From an uncultured Chloroflexales bacterium (GTDB taxonomy: Bacteria; Chloroflexota; Chloroflexia; Chloroflexales; Chloroflexaceae), in assembly GCA_937967405.1 (NCBI GenBank), contig CALCJV010000027.1:8527-72526 (forward strand): DNA of 64,000 nt, written 5' to 3'. The translations under genes and the position numbers were made by a program. This document shows positions 37,686 through 46,537 of the stretch, piece by piece. Within the stretch, counting starts at the first letter, position 1. Every line of letters begins with the position of its first letter. The notes under the pieces were generated by a model. The model did no database searches and had not been told where the DNA came from. It was given only the letters and a program-made list of their open reading frames with translations.

Positions 37686-38765
37686 TCAACGCTGCCCAAG
37701 CTGCTCGCGGAAGGTTTTGATGATCTCCTCATCGCTGGGTGGTTCGCCTTTGCTACGTTCGTAGAGCAGCGTTAATGTGGCAACATACGCCTCGCCAAAG
37801 GCGGTGGTCACGGCAGAGGCGGTGATCGCTGAGATGGTCATGCCCGCTACCGAACCCGCGCCCGGCACCAGCTTGAGCAATGCGCCGACCAACGCTCGCC
37901 CCGTGAGGGTGGCTGCTGTGCCCGTGATGACACTGCCAACCAGTGTGGTGAGGAAGCCAGTGCTGAGCGGAAAGCCAAACACAGCGGTGATCTGGGCCAG
38001 CATGCCAATCTGGATCGGCACCAGTACCACCGCATCAGCAAAAGGGATCGGGGTGGCTCCTGCTGCTGCTGCCGCCGCTGCGGCCGCCGCCACCGCCTGA
38101 TGGGCCCGATCCCGCTTGAGGTTCATGTCTACCTTCTGGGCGGCGGTTAGGGCGTTGCGGTGCGCTTCGGGCACCAGCTGCATGGTCACATCAATCAGTT
38201 CGAGCAGGCCCATCGGCGGCAAAATGTGCCCATCATCCAGCTCTTCGGGCAGTGCCCGCACGCGCATCACATTCTTGACGGCGGGGAGTTCTTCCTGTAC
38301 GATCCTGCGAAAGCCTTGATCGGCGCGGGCTTTAGTGATAATTGCCACTACCGGAACGTGCTTGGCGAGCATATCCACCAATTGGCGTTCACCATCCTCG
38401 ATGCGGCGCGTGTCTTCGGCAAGGCAGACCCACGCGACGTGCATATGCTCCTGTGGGCTGGAGCTGTGCTGCCGCTCACGGAGCAACGCTTCGAGCGGCT
38501 GCAAGGTTTCCACAAAGGCTTGCATCTCCAAGCCGCGTGTATCGAAAATCGAGACGGGGATACCCTCTTTGGTGATCTCGCGGGTGTCTTTGGTGACCGG
38601 CCGCCCCTGTCCGGTTGTGGCGAGTTGCCCCTGAAAGACAGCATTGATCAGCGTGCTTTTGCCCACGCCAGTTTTACCGGCAATCAGAATATTCACGCGC
38701 CCGCGCCGAGTGAGGGCTTCGTTCAGGGCGCGATCTACCTCGTGTACAATCGCAGGTTCAGCCAT
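37686..38765 (-). CDS. GTPase (MMR_HSR1-like G domain) with C-terminal DUF697-like membrane domain
   Basis: True start ATG 38765, with AAAGGAGA at comp. 38773-38780. G1 GKTGVGKST, G3 DTRG, G4 ITKA. A 9-Ala linker, then glycine-rich hydrophobic helices. The ORF-track N-terminal extension to 39134 runs across tRNA-Arg and is rejected. Confidence 0.8.
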   Translation of the reverse strand: MAEPAIVHEVDRALNEALTRRGRVNILIAGKTGVGKSTLINAVFQGQLATTGQGRPVTKDTREITKEGIPVSIFDTRGLEMQAFVETLQPLEALLRERQHSSSPQEHMHVAWVCLAEDTRRIEDGERQLVDMLAKHVPVVAIITKARADQGFRRIVQEELPAVKNVMRVRALPEELDDGHILPPMGLLELIDVTMQLVPEAHRNALTAAQKVDMNLKRDRAHQAVAAAAAAAAAAGATPIPFADAVVLVPIQIGMLAQITAVFGFPLSTGFLTTLVGSVITGTAATLTGRALVGALLKLVPGAGSVAGMTISAITASAVTTAFGEAYVATLTLLYERSKGEPPSDEEIIKTFREQLGQR

Positions 38766-39027
38766 GCGCGATGGGTCTCCTTTCTTGATACCATGCCTAG
38801 ACCCATTGTAGCCGTTGTCGGGGTGCTTGGCAACTGGCTGGATGCTTGCCTCCCGTGCCTCCTGACCCCTGCCCTTGACACCTGAAATCTGACACCTTGC
38901 TTCCTTCCACATGCTGCTCACATGTGAGCTAGGCCATGGGGGGATGTGTTGCTGGGAGCATGGCACTTGTGAGACACTCTTTGGGGCAAGTATAGGAGAC
39001 TGAGCAACGGCCCACGCATCGGTGGAT

Positions 39028-39104
<77 letters not shown>

Positions 39105-39251
39105 AAAGCAAGCGACGGAGAGGCCGCAACTCACGCAAGATATTATACCACAAGGGCGGGCAGGTTGGGGAGCGGTGCGCGAAGCGGATTGGGGCCGAAT
39201 CTTGGCACGAATGGCTTGATTCGGGGGGTGAAGTGTGGTATAGTGCTCAGT

Positions 39252-39326
39252 GGGCCGGTAGCTCAGTGGAAGAGCACCTGACTTTTAATCAGAGGGTCGT
39301 GGGTTCGATCCCCACCCGGCTCACCA
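39252..39326 (+). tRNA. tRNA-Lys (anticodon UUU)
   Basis: Hand-folded cloverleaf: GGGCCGG/TA/GCTC-AGTGGAA-GAGC/A/CCTGA-CT TTT AA-TCAGA/GGGTC/GTGGG-TTCGATC-CCCAC/CCGGCTC/A/CCA. 75 nt. One G-U pair in the acceptor stem and a C-A mismatch at 27-43. Confidence 0.9.
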
Positions 39327-39350
39327 TATTGACCAGAAAGGCGCACGTGT

Positions 39351-39560
39351 ATGGCGATACCCCCCGATCAACCTGTCGCGCCCCAATCTCCAGCAGCCCA
39401 TCAAGATACGTGGCTTGAGCCACAGCCCTCAGAGTCACCCACCCCTGCACCCGCGCCCCCCCGCCAGCGTGCCAACGACCTTGATGGCAAAACGTGGACG
39501 CGCTACTCGATCTCGATCTGGAGTGACATCGAGAAAACTGCGGAAGAACAATCGAAGGGG
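39351..39560 (+). pseudogene. probable 5' remnant of a resident N4/N6 DNA methyltransferase, in frame with the incoming Dam-like gene
   Basis: This GC-rich segment encodes ..RANDLDGKTWTRYSISIWSDIEKTAEEQ.., which resembles the N-terminal (S/T)GKEW..SiSiW.di.K..EE segment of beta-class DNA methylases. It is followed abruptly by a GAAGGGG RBS and ATG 39561 of a low-GC D12-class methylase. Confidence 0.35.
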
Positions 39561-40475
39561 ATGTCAAAGATGGGAAAACATATTGCTTTTGGATGGTATG
39601 GAGGCAAGTATAGTCATCTTGATTGGCTATTACCGCTGCTACCCAAAACCACTCATTTTTGTGAGCCGTTTGGTGGCTCAGCAGCGGTATTGATCAATCG
39701 TGAACCATCACCAGTCGAAACATATAATGATATTGATGGCGAAGTCGTCAATTTCTTTCGCGTACTGCGAGAGCAAAAAGAAGCCCTAATTGAGTCTATT
39801 GGACTAACCCCTTTTTCCCGCGAAGAGTTTGAACTTGCAATTAGTGAACCGCTTGATAAAATCAGCCAAGTTGAGCGTGCCCGCCGCTTTTATATTCGTG
39901 CTCGTCAGGTTCGTACTGGTTTAGCTCAGACGGCCAGTGTAGGCCGATGGGCCCATTGTTTGCTCACAAGCCGTGCTGGTATGGCTGGTGCAGTATCACG
40001 ATGGCTGGGAAGTGTCGAGGATCTCCCATTCATTGCTCAACGACTTTTGCGCGTGCAGATCGAGCATGATGATGCCATAGCAGTGATCCATCGCTATGAC
40101 AGTGAAGAAACGCTATTCTACTGTGATCCACCATACCCGCTGAGTAGTAGAGGAGGGTGTGCTTATGGATATGAATTCAGTGATGAACAGCATCGTGCTT
40201 TGGCAGCAGTTTTACGCAATGTAAAAGGAAAAGTTGCATTGTCGGGGTATCGCTGTGGTCTTATGGATGAATTATACCGTGATTGGCAATCCATTGAAGC
40301 ACCAGAGAAGTCCTGCCACTCGGTCAAAACGCCGCGAACAGAGGTGCTATGGGTTAACTTTGAAATTGATTATTCAGAGTGTGTAAAGTTGGAGCCATGG
40401 AAAACATCGTTTCCCCTTCAGCAATCCTTGATGCTGCCTACGAGCGAGCAAGCAAATACCTTGAAACACCGCTAA
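39561..40475 (+). CDS. D12-class (Dam-like) N6-adenine DNA methyltransferase
   Basis: FGWYGGKYSHL, SAM-binding EPFGGSAAV, YNDIDGEVVNFF, catalytic DPPY (FYCDPPYPL). Low GC. Confidence 0.85.
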   Translation: MSKMGKHIAFGWYGGKYSHLDWLLPLLPKTTHFCEPFGGSAAVLINREPSPVETYNDIDGEVVNFFRVLREQKEALIESIGLTPFSREEFELAISEPLDKISQVERARRFYIRARQVRTGLAQTASVGRWAHCLLTSRAGMAGAVSRWLGSVEDLPFIAQRLLRVQIEHDDAIAVIHRYDSEETLFYCDPPYPLSSRGGCAYGYEFSDEQHRALAAVLRNVKGKVALSGYRCGLMDELYRDWQSIEAPEKSCHSVKTPRTEVLWVNFEIDYSECVKLEPWKTSFPLQQSLMLPTSEQANTLKHR

Positions 40476-41545
40476 TCCCCAATGAAGAAGTTACCGAAAG
40501 GGTACGTGTTGTTGTTCGAAATCTGCAAAATCGAGCCGGAGTTCGTCTTTTGTTGGCGGCATTGTTGGCAAAAGTACATCGTCCTCACATAGATGTTCGG
40601 AAACCATATACAGAAATAGAAGGGGATGACTGCTACTCAGGACGCACTTATGATGAACGCTATGTCGCAGCCTTTATCAACACCCATCAACTACCGTGTA
40701 ACTCTACTACGGCTTTCTTAACGCCTGCTCTCCGAAATCGTAACGCAGTATTAACACCTGATTCCAATTTAGTTGGCCGTCCTGCAATTGTTTATACAGC
40801 AACACTGCAACTTCTTACAGATGTTCACGAGGGACGTGTAGATGCTGCTACGCTATTAGCAGAGACTGTACGCCAACTCTTACTGTTCCGCGATGAACGG
40901 AACCAACGTATAGAAAGTCTTTTGTCAGGATTACATGCTCTCGATGAAGGACAGCCTCTCTCTGCTGAGAGCATCATTGCACTTATCGAACAACATCTAA
41001 AGTTCAAACAGACTCATGTACGGGGAACAAGTAGATTGCCTGTGCTCATTATTGCTGCTGCATATCAATCAGTAATGGATCAACTGGGAGAGCGTGTCCT
41101 TCCACTTAGAGGACATAATACTGCTGATGAACGAACCGGTGCAGTTGGAGATATAGAGATTACCGTTACAAGCAGTGACAATGTAATCACAAGTTATGAG
41201 ATGAAAAGCCGCCTTGTGACACGAGAAGATATTGATCGTGCGCTACAAAAAGTTTATGCGCTCAACCAGAGATTGCACAACTACATTTTTATTACGACAC
41301 ATCCGATAGATCCTTTAGTGCAAGAATATGCTCAATCTATGTACGCAGTAACAGAAGGAATAGAGTTTGTTGTTTTAGATTGTATAGGGTTTCTTCGGCA
41401 CTTTTTGCATCTTTTTTACCGAAGCCGAATGCAGTTTTTGAACGCCTATCAATCATTGCTTTTAGCTGAGCCAGAAAGTGCTGTAAGCCAGCCACTCAAA
41501 GAAGTCTTTCTTGCTATGCGCCAAGCAGCTGAGAGCAGTGAATAA
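40397..41545 (+). CDS. putative cognate type II restriction endonuclease
   Basis: GGAG (40391-40394) precedes ATG 40397. Overlaps the methylase 3' end by 79 nt. Candidate PD-(D/E)XK core: GAVGDIEITV...SYEMKS. Same low GC as the methylase. No family assigned. Confidence 0.5.
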   Translation: MENIVSPSAILDAAYERASKYLETPLIPNEEVTERVRVVVRNLQNRAGVRLLLAALLAKVHRPHIDVRKPYTEIEGDDCYSGRTYDERYVAAFINTHQLPCNSTTAFLTPALRNRNAVLTPDSNLVGRPAIVYTATLQLLTDVHEGRVDAATLLAETVRQLLLFRDERNQRIESLLSGLHALDEGQPLSAESIIALIEQHLKFKQTHVRGTSRLPVLIIAAAYQSVMDQLGERVLPLRGHNTADERTGAVGDIEITVTSSDNVITSYEMKSRLVTREDIDRALQKVYALNQRLHNYIFITTHPIDPLVQEYAQSMYAVTEGIEFVVLDCIGFLRHFLHLFYRSRMQFLNAYQSLLLAEPESAVSQPLKEVFLAMRQAAESSE

Positions 41546-41638
41546 ATATTTACACTTTACTTAGCGCAACAAGGCCCCACAACCCACTGCCCTCGCTGCA
41601 AGCAGGCGCAGGCTCTGCTCAAGGAGCGTGGCGGGTCA

Positions 41639-41701
41639 GGTGTCGGGTGTCAGGTGACAGGTGTTGGGTGATGGGTGTCGGGTGGCCGGTGCTAGGTGTT
41701 A
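41639..41701. repeat. nine in-phase heptanucleotide repeats GGTGNNN
   Basis: GGTGTCG GGTGTCA GGTGACA GGTGTTG GGTGATG GGTGTCG GGTGGCC GGTGCTA GGTGTTA. Lies in the 187-nt gap between the convergent endonuclease and sppA genes. Confidence 0.85.
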
Positions 41702-41732
41702 GGGAGCGGCAGGATGCGATATTGTGACAATG

Positions 41733-43523
41733 CTAATCGTGTTCACGGATCAACCACGGCAGGATCAGCAACGGGCGGGCCAGTTGCTGCGGCGATAGCT
41801 CCAGCACAGACAGCAGAGCTTGGAGCATATGCAGCACTGGCTGTGGGGCTGGCGTGGGCGCGGGGAAGGCGGGCGGCAAGCCCATCTCGTTGCGGCGAGC
41901 TGTGGGCCGCACCCACACCCATGCATCCGGCGGAGCCTCATCCAGTTGGGCTAGGACACAGGCTTGCTTGACGGCTTCGGGCAAGCCGCCGAGTGAGTCT
42001 ACGAGCGCGTGCTGGTGGGCTTCGCGGCCTGTCCAGACTCGCCCGCCAGCGAGGGGTTCGAGGGCTTCAGGGCTGAGCTTGCGCCCAGTGCAGACGCGCT
42101 GCTTGAACTGTTCGTAGGTGTAGTGGATGCCAGCGTGGATCACCTGCCGCTCATCCTCACTTGGTGGTGTGGCAATATTGAGCAGATCAGCGCGTACCCC
42201 GCGTTGCAACACCGTCGTATTCACACCAAGCCGCTCAAATAAGCCGTGCGCGTTAGGGCGCACCGAGAGCACGCCGATGCTGCCGGTGATGGTGGTGGGG
42301 TGGGCAACGATCCGATCTGCGGCAACGGCGATGTAATAGCCGCCGCTTGCGGCAACGTTGCCCAAGCACGCGATGACGGGCTTCTTTTGGGCGAGGCGCA
42401 ACACGTCGCGCCAGATCAAATCTGATGCAAACGCATCCCCACCCGGCGAGTCAATGTAGAGCACGGCTGCGACTAGTTCGCTGTCCTGCTCCACTGAGCG
42501 CAACGCCCGCAGCACGCTCTCACTACCAACTTGACCACCATCATCGAGGGGCGAGGGAAACGGGAACGGCGAGGAGCGCGGCTCACCTTCCACCAGCGTC
42601 CCCTCAATCGGGATGATCGCTACACGGCGCGTCTGGTGGCGACGGTAGGGCAGGTGCAGGGCCCGTTGCGCCGCTTGCCAGCTTTCGAGCTTAAGCGGGC
42701 GGTCACTACCCGCATGTTGTTCAGCCAAAATTGTCTCGATCTCATCGGCATAGCAGAGCCGATCCACCAAGCCTAGCTCCAGTGCTTGCGCCGCGAAGTA
42801 GGGCGCACCGTCTATCAGTTCGCGCACCTGCTCCGGCGCAAGCTGGCGATCTGCGCTCATGCCAGCCACGAGATGCGCGAAGCGTTGTTCGAGCAGGCGT
42901 TCCGACTGTTCGCGGGCTTCGGGCGAAATCTCGGAGCGGGTGAACGAGTCGCCCGCCGATTTGTAGGGTGATACGGCGGCGACTTCCGCTGCCACGCCGA
43001 GCATCTGCAAGGCATCGCGCACAAACAACAGTTCCAAGCGCAAGCCGGTAATCCACAGACTAGCCGATGGCGGCATCAGGATCATGTTGGCGGCACAGGC
43101 GAGGTAGTACAGGCGCGTACTGGCCCCATTGAGGTACACTACCACCTGCTTGTCAGCAGCCCGCAGGGCGTGCAGCTCTGCCCGCAGATTCTCAGCCATG
43201 GCCCAGTTAGGGCTGAAGTCACGCAGCAAGAGCACCACCCCGCGCACCTGTGGATCAGCCGCAAGCAGGCGCAGTTGTTCCTGCACTTCGCCAAAGCCTG
43301 TCGTAGGGCGTACCCCTAGCATGCGCTCAAGCAGTGAGGGCGTGTCGGAGGTGATTGGCAGGTAGCCCGTCAATTCAAGGTACACAAAATCTACCGAACG
43401 TTTGCGAAAATGCCGCCACCTATTCTGTGCCCACACCCACACATTGGCAAGCTGGATACGCAGCCACGCGAGGGCGGGTAGCTTGAGCGTGATCCGCAAC
43501 CAAGATGGAAACCGTATAATCAT
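41733..43523 (-). CDS. sppA: signal peptide peptidase SppA, 67K (double S49 domain) type
   Basis: 596 aa. N-terminal TM segment and two ClpP/S49-like halves. Nucleophile region GNVAASGGYYIAVAAD. Confidence 0.85.
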   Translation of the reverse strand: MIIRFPSWLRITLKLPALAWLRIQLANVWVWAQNRWRHFRKRSVDFVYLELTGYLPITSDTPSLLERMLGVRPTTGFGEVQEQLRLLAADPQVRGVVLLLRDFSPNWAMAENLRAELHALRAADKQVVVYLNGASTRLYYLACAANMILMPPSASLWITGLRLELLFVRDALQMLGVAAEVAAVSPYKSAGDSFTRSEISPEAREQSERLLEQRFAHLVAGMSADRQLAPEQVRELIDGAPYFAAQALELGLVDRLCYADEIETILAEQHAGSDRPLKLESWQAAQRALHLPYRRHQTRRVAIIPIEGTLVEGEPRSSPFPFPSPLDDGGQVGSESVLRALRSVEQDSELVAAVLYIDSPGGDAFASDLIWRDVLRLAQKKPVIACLGNVAASGGYYIAVAADRIVAHPTTITGSIGVLSVRPNAHGLFERLGVNTTVLQRGVRADLLNIATPPSEDERQVIHAGIHYTYEQFKQRVCTGRKLSPEALEPLAGGRVWTGREAHQHALVDSLGGLPEAVKQACVLAQLDEAPPDAWVWVRPTARRNEMGLPPAFPAPTPAPQPVLHMLQALLSVLELSPQQLARPLLILPWLIREHD

Positions 43524-43610
43524 GGATATACCTTTGCCTCATGGATTTGATACTCTGTAGTATAGCATAGACAAAGGTACGTTTTATTGATTTTCTCATT
43601 CCCAATAGGG

Positions 43611-43643
43611 ATAAACAACAGCGCGAGGCAGTTGCCCCGCGCT
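43611..43643 (-). terminator. candidate intrinsic terminator of 43672-44415
   Basis: AGCGCGAGG-cagttg-CCCCGCGCT hairpin (43620-43643, one mismatch), followed on the minus strand by TGTTGTTTAT. Confidence 0.45.
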
Positions 43644-43671
43644 GGCTCCGAGACATCCTTGCTTGGGCCGT

Positions 43672-44415
43672 CTACCGCAGTTGTTCCTGTAGGCCCTGCT
43701 GGATCGTTGTCAGGAACTCGGTTGCTTTCTGTTCAACCGCTGCGGTTGTAGACCCTTCCGCCGCAATGATCTGCGCCAGCGTTTCGCCGTCCTGCATGCG
43801 CGTGCGGATCGTGCGCGGCGATAGCCCTGTCACATCAGCGGTGGCCCGTACTGCAAGCATTGTACTCATACGTTCTACACCTTGCGTGATGCGGGCTTCG
43901 ATCTGTGCCGCTAGCTCGGTGGATTGCATCAGCTCATTGGCGCGTTGCTCCAGCTCTGCGGCCCGCTGATCGGCTTCGGCTTGGGTCATGCGCCCATTCT
44001 CGATGGCACGGGCGTGGCGCACTTCGGCATCCGCCATCACGGCCTGCACCACTGCCTCCGCACTGCTGCCATTGGCGGCTGCAATCTGCGCTAAGGTACT
44101 CCCCGCTCGCACCTGTGCAGTAATCTCGGACACGCTCAAGCCCGTCAGCCGCGCTGTCTGGCGCAGCAACGCACCTAGCGGACTGATCTCGTTCGGCATT
44201 TCGCCGCGAGGGCCACCACGCCCGCGCCCACGCAGCGTCTCCATCTGCCCCATCTGCCCCATCTGCCCCATTCCGCCCATCGGGAGTGCTGCGTCAATCT
44301 GGGTGCGAGGGGCATCCTGTGCGGCGGCAGGAGTGGGTGTACCCCACAGCAGCGTGCCTGCTAGCACCGTTCCGGCCACTGCCATCAATCCGGTCATGAC
44401 GGTTGTACGTACCAT
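43672..44415 (-). CDS. secreted repeat protein, function unknown
   Basis: Signal-like N-terminus (MTGLMAVAGTVLAGTLLWGTPTPAAAQD). (MGQ)n tract. Two internal repeats: LTGLSVSEITAQVRAGSTLAQIAAANGSSAEAV and VTGLSPRTIRTRMQDGETLAQIIAAEGSTTAAV. Confidence 0.6.
   Translation of the reverse strand: MVRTTVMTGLMAVAGTVLAGTLLWGTPTPAAAQDAPRTQIDAALPMGGMGQMGQMGQMETLRGRGRGGPRGEMPNEISPLGALLRQTARLTGLSVSEITAQVRAGSTLAQIAAANGSSAEAVVQAVMADAEVRHARAIENGRMTQAEADQRAAELEQRANELMQSTELAAQIEARITQGVERMSTMLAVRATADVTGLSPRTIRTRMQDGETLAQIIAAEGSTTAAVEQKATEFLTTIQQGLQEQLR
44241..44276 (-). repeat. 9-nt in-frame tandem repeat (CCATCTGCC x3 plus one degenerate copy) encoding MGQMGQMGQM
   Basis: Perfect copies at 44241-44249, 44250-44258 and 44259-44267. 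Degenerate fourth copy at 44268-44276. Confidence 0.85.
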
Positions 44416-44667
44416 GGTCTTCTATTCTCCTTCTTGCTATATCGCTATCTTCACACCAGTTCCAAACTGATGCTTGTTGTATGGTTCTAGTCTAGCGCGT
44501 GGCGATGAAGAACCTGTGAAGAAGTTCCACAGGTCTGATAGAGATCATGAGAATCATGGGGCACGTGGCGATGATAACGATTGCTGTGTAACGGATCAGG
44601 TATGATCGTAGGACATCACAGCTGCTTGGCTTGGTCGGGGGAGTCTTTGCGCTATGGTTGGGGGCTA

Positions 44668-44693
44668 GGGCGCAGGCCGTTACCCCTGCGCCC
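44668..44693 (-). terminator. hairpin immediately downstream of pckA (no clear U tract)
   Basis: GGGCGCAGG-ccgttacc-CCTGCGCCC, a perfect 9-bp stem, 23 nt beyond the pckA stop (44716-44718). Confidence 0.4.
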
Positions 44694-44715
44694 AGCAGTG
44701 AAGTAATGGGCCTAA

Positions 44716-46320
44716 TTACACTGCTTGCGGCCCGCCTGCTAGCACATCTGCATCCACATCGGCAGCGAACTGCTCGAAGTTGGTGCGAAATAACTGGGCC
44801 AAGTGGCGGGCTTGCTGATCGTAGGCGGCTTTGTCGGCCCATGTGTTGCGCGGCTGCAACACGTCATCGGGTACGCTGGGGCAGTGCTGCGGCACATGCA
44901 CCCCGAAGATCGGATCGGGCGTGGTAGCTACGTCGTTCAGTGCGCCTTCCAACGCAGCGCGTACCATTGCCCGCGTATAGCTAATCTCCATGCGTTTGCC
45001 CACGCCATAGGGGCCGCCGCTCCAGCCGGTATTGACGAGCCACACCGCAGCACCGTGCTGCTCGATCTTTTCGGCCAGCATACGGGCATAGACTGCCGGA
45101 CGTAGCACCATAAATGGCGCACCAAAGCAGGTGGAGAAGGTGGCTTGTGGCTCGGTCACACCCTTCTCGGTTCCGGCCACTTTCGCGGTGTAGCCGGAGA
45201 GGAAGTGATACTGCGCTTGTGCGGGCGTGAGCCGACTGATCGGCGGGAGGACACCAAACGCATCGGCGGTGAGCATAATGATCGTGGTGGGATGCCCGCC
45301 GATGCCCGACAGGTCTGCATTGGGGATATAGCTGATTGGATAGGAGGCACGGGTATTCTCGGTGCGTGTGCTGTCGTTCAGGTCTACGCGGCGGGTCTCC
45401 GTATCCATTACCACATTTTCGAGGATCGTCCCGAAGCGGCGTGTGGTAGCGTAAATCTCCGGTTCAGCGGTCGGTGAGAGCTTGATCACTTTGGCATAGC
45501 AGCCACCCTCGAAATTGAAGATACCCGCATCACTCCAGCCGTGTTCATCATCGCCGATCAAGGTGCGCGACGAGTCGGCCGAGAGGGTCGTTTTACCCGT
45601 GCCACTCAAGCCGAAGAAGACCGCTGCGTTATCACCATCGGTGGCTTTGTTGGCGGAGGCATGCATAGAGAGCACCCCTTGCAACGGCAGCAGGTAGTTC
45701 AATACGGTGAAGATGGACTTCTTGATCTCCCCAGCATATTCAGTGCCGCCGATCAGCACCATGCGGCGGGCAAAGCTGAGGATGACAAACACCTCGCTCT
45801 TCGTGCCATCAATCGCTGGATTGGCGTGGAAGCCGGGCAGGCACAGGACGGTAAACTGTGGCATGAACGTGGGTAGTTCGTGGCGCGGGGGCTGGATAAA
45901 CATGTTGCGGGCAAACAGATTGTGCCACGCGCTTTCGGTAATGACCTGCACCGCGAGCCGGTAGGTGGGATCGGCTCCCGCGTAACAATCTTGTACATAC
46001 AGCTCTTTGCCCTGCGTATACGCCAGCATGCGGTGATACAGCCGCTCGAATTGGGCTGGATCGAAGGGCTGGTTGACTTTGCCCCACCAGATATTGTCAC
46101 TGCTGTCAGCCTCCTGCACGATAAACTTATCATTGGGCGAACGCCCCGTATGCTTGCCCGTCTGCACAACGAGTGGGCCCAGATGGGAGATCAAGCCCTC
46201 ACCGCGACTGACGGCATGTTCATACAGGGCGGGCGTAGTCGGATTCCACCAGACCGCCTTGGCCTGTGTAAGGCCCAATGCTTCGAGCTTCCGTGCCGAA
46301 TGAATTCCGTGTTCTTGCAT
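44716..46320 (-). CDS. pckA: phosphoenolpyruvate carboxykinase (ATP)
   Basis: Start ATG 46320 ([17 protein letters not shown]..). [11 protein letters not shown], kinase-1a [18 protein letters not shown], and the overall length of about 534 aa are typical of ATP-PEPCK. Confidence 0.92.
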   Translation of the reverse strand: MQEHGIHSARKLEALGLTQAKAVWWNPTTPALYEHAVSRGEGLISHLGPLVVQTGKHTGRSPNDKFIVQEADSSDNIWWGKVNQPFDPAQFERLYHRMLAYTQGKELYVQDCYAGADPTYRLAVQVITESAWHNLFARNMFIQPPRHELPTFMPQFTVLCLPGFHANPAIDGTKSEVFVILSFARRMVLIGGTEYAGEIKKSIFTVLNYLLPLQGVLSMHASANKATDGDNAAVFFGLSGTGKTTLSADSSRTLIGDDEHGWSDAGIFNFEGGCYAKVIKLSPTAEPEIYATTRRFGTILENVVMDTETRRVDLNDSTRTENTRASYPISYIPNADLSGIGGHPTTIIMLTADAFGVLPPISRLTPAQAQYHFLSGYTAKVAGTEKGVTEPQATFSTCFGAPFMVLRPAVYARMLAEKIEQHGAAVWLVNTGWSGGPYGVGKRMEISYTRAMVRAALEGALNDVATTPDPIFGVHVPQHCPSVPDDVLQPRNTWADKAAYDQQARHLAQLFRTNFEQFAADVDADVLAGGPQAV

Positions 46321-46537
46321 GGTACATCTCGCTTTCGATGTGTACGCACGTCTGTCAACCAATGGCAGGCGAGGCACGCTAAAGAAGCCGCGTGCGGGGC
46401 AGTTGCACCCAAGCAAAAAACGCACCTGAGCGGCTTCTGTCAAGATAAGGATCACGTTACCTCTATTATACGCCGCTTGGCACGTGCGTCAACGCATGGA
46501 TATCAGATATAGTAGGTATGAGAGCAATACGTTATGT

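Larger units (their letters stand above)
39327..41732 (+). mobile_element. low-GC type II restriction-modification islet adjacent to tRNA-Lys (no integrase)
   Basis: My spot counts of 60-nt lines inside 39600-41220 give 42-50% GC, against about 73% at 42001-42060. It contains only a methyltransferase and a putative endonuclease. I saw no direct repeat of the tRNA 3' end by eye. Confidence 0.45.

Noticed and set aside
41639-41701. Heptamer array considered as a CRISPR or mini-CRISPR
   Set aside because: The period is 7 nt with no spacers, there are no cas genes, and the repeats are far too short. Reported instead as a simple tandem repeat.
39327-41732. R-M islet considered as a prophage or integrative element
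   Set aside because: It has no integrase, excisionase, or phage or conjugation genes. I saw no duplicated tRNA 3' end. Only compositional evidence supports acquisition, so I call it an islet with low confidence.
41696-41971. 91-aa plus-strand ORF starting in the heptamer array
   Set aside because: It is antisense to the 3' end of sppA and begins inside a simple repeat. No coding signal.
44492-44842. 116-aa minus-strand ORF spanning the secreted-protein/pckA spacer
   Set aside because: It overlaps the pckA 3' end, the product is Arg/Cys/Ser-rich, and it has no RBS. The spacer is better explained by the pckA hairpin and the promoter region of the downstream gene.
46321-46455. 45-codon N-terminal extension of pckA
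   Set aside because: The PEPCK homology begins at [11 protein letters not shown] (ATG 46320). The extension is Cys/Arg/Leu-rich and unlike PckA N-termini.
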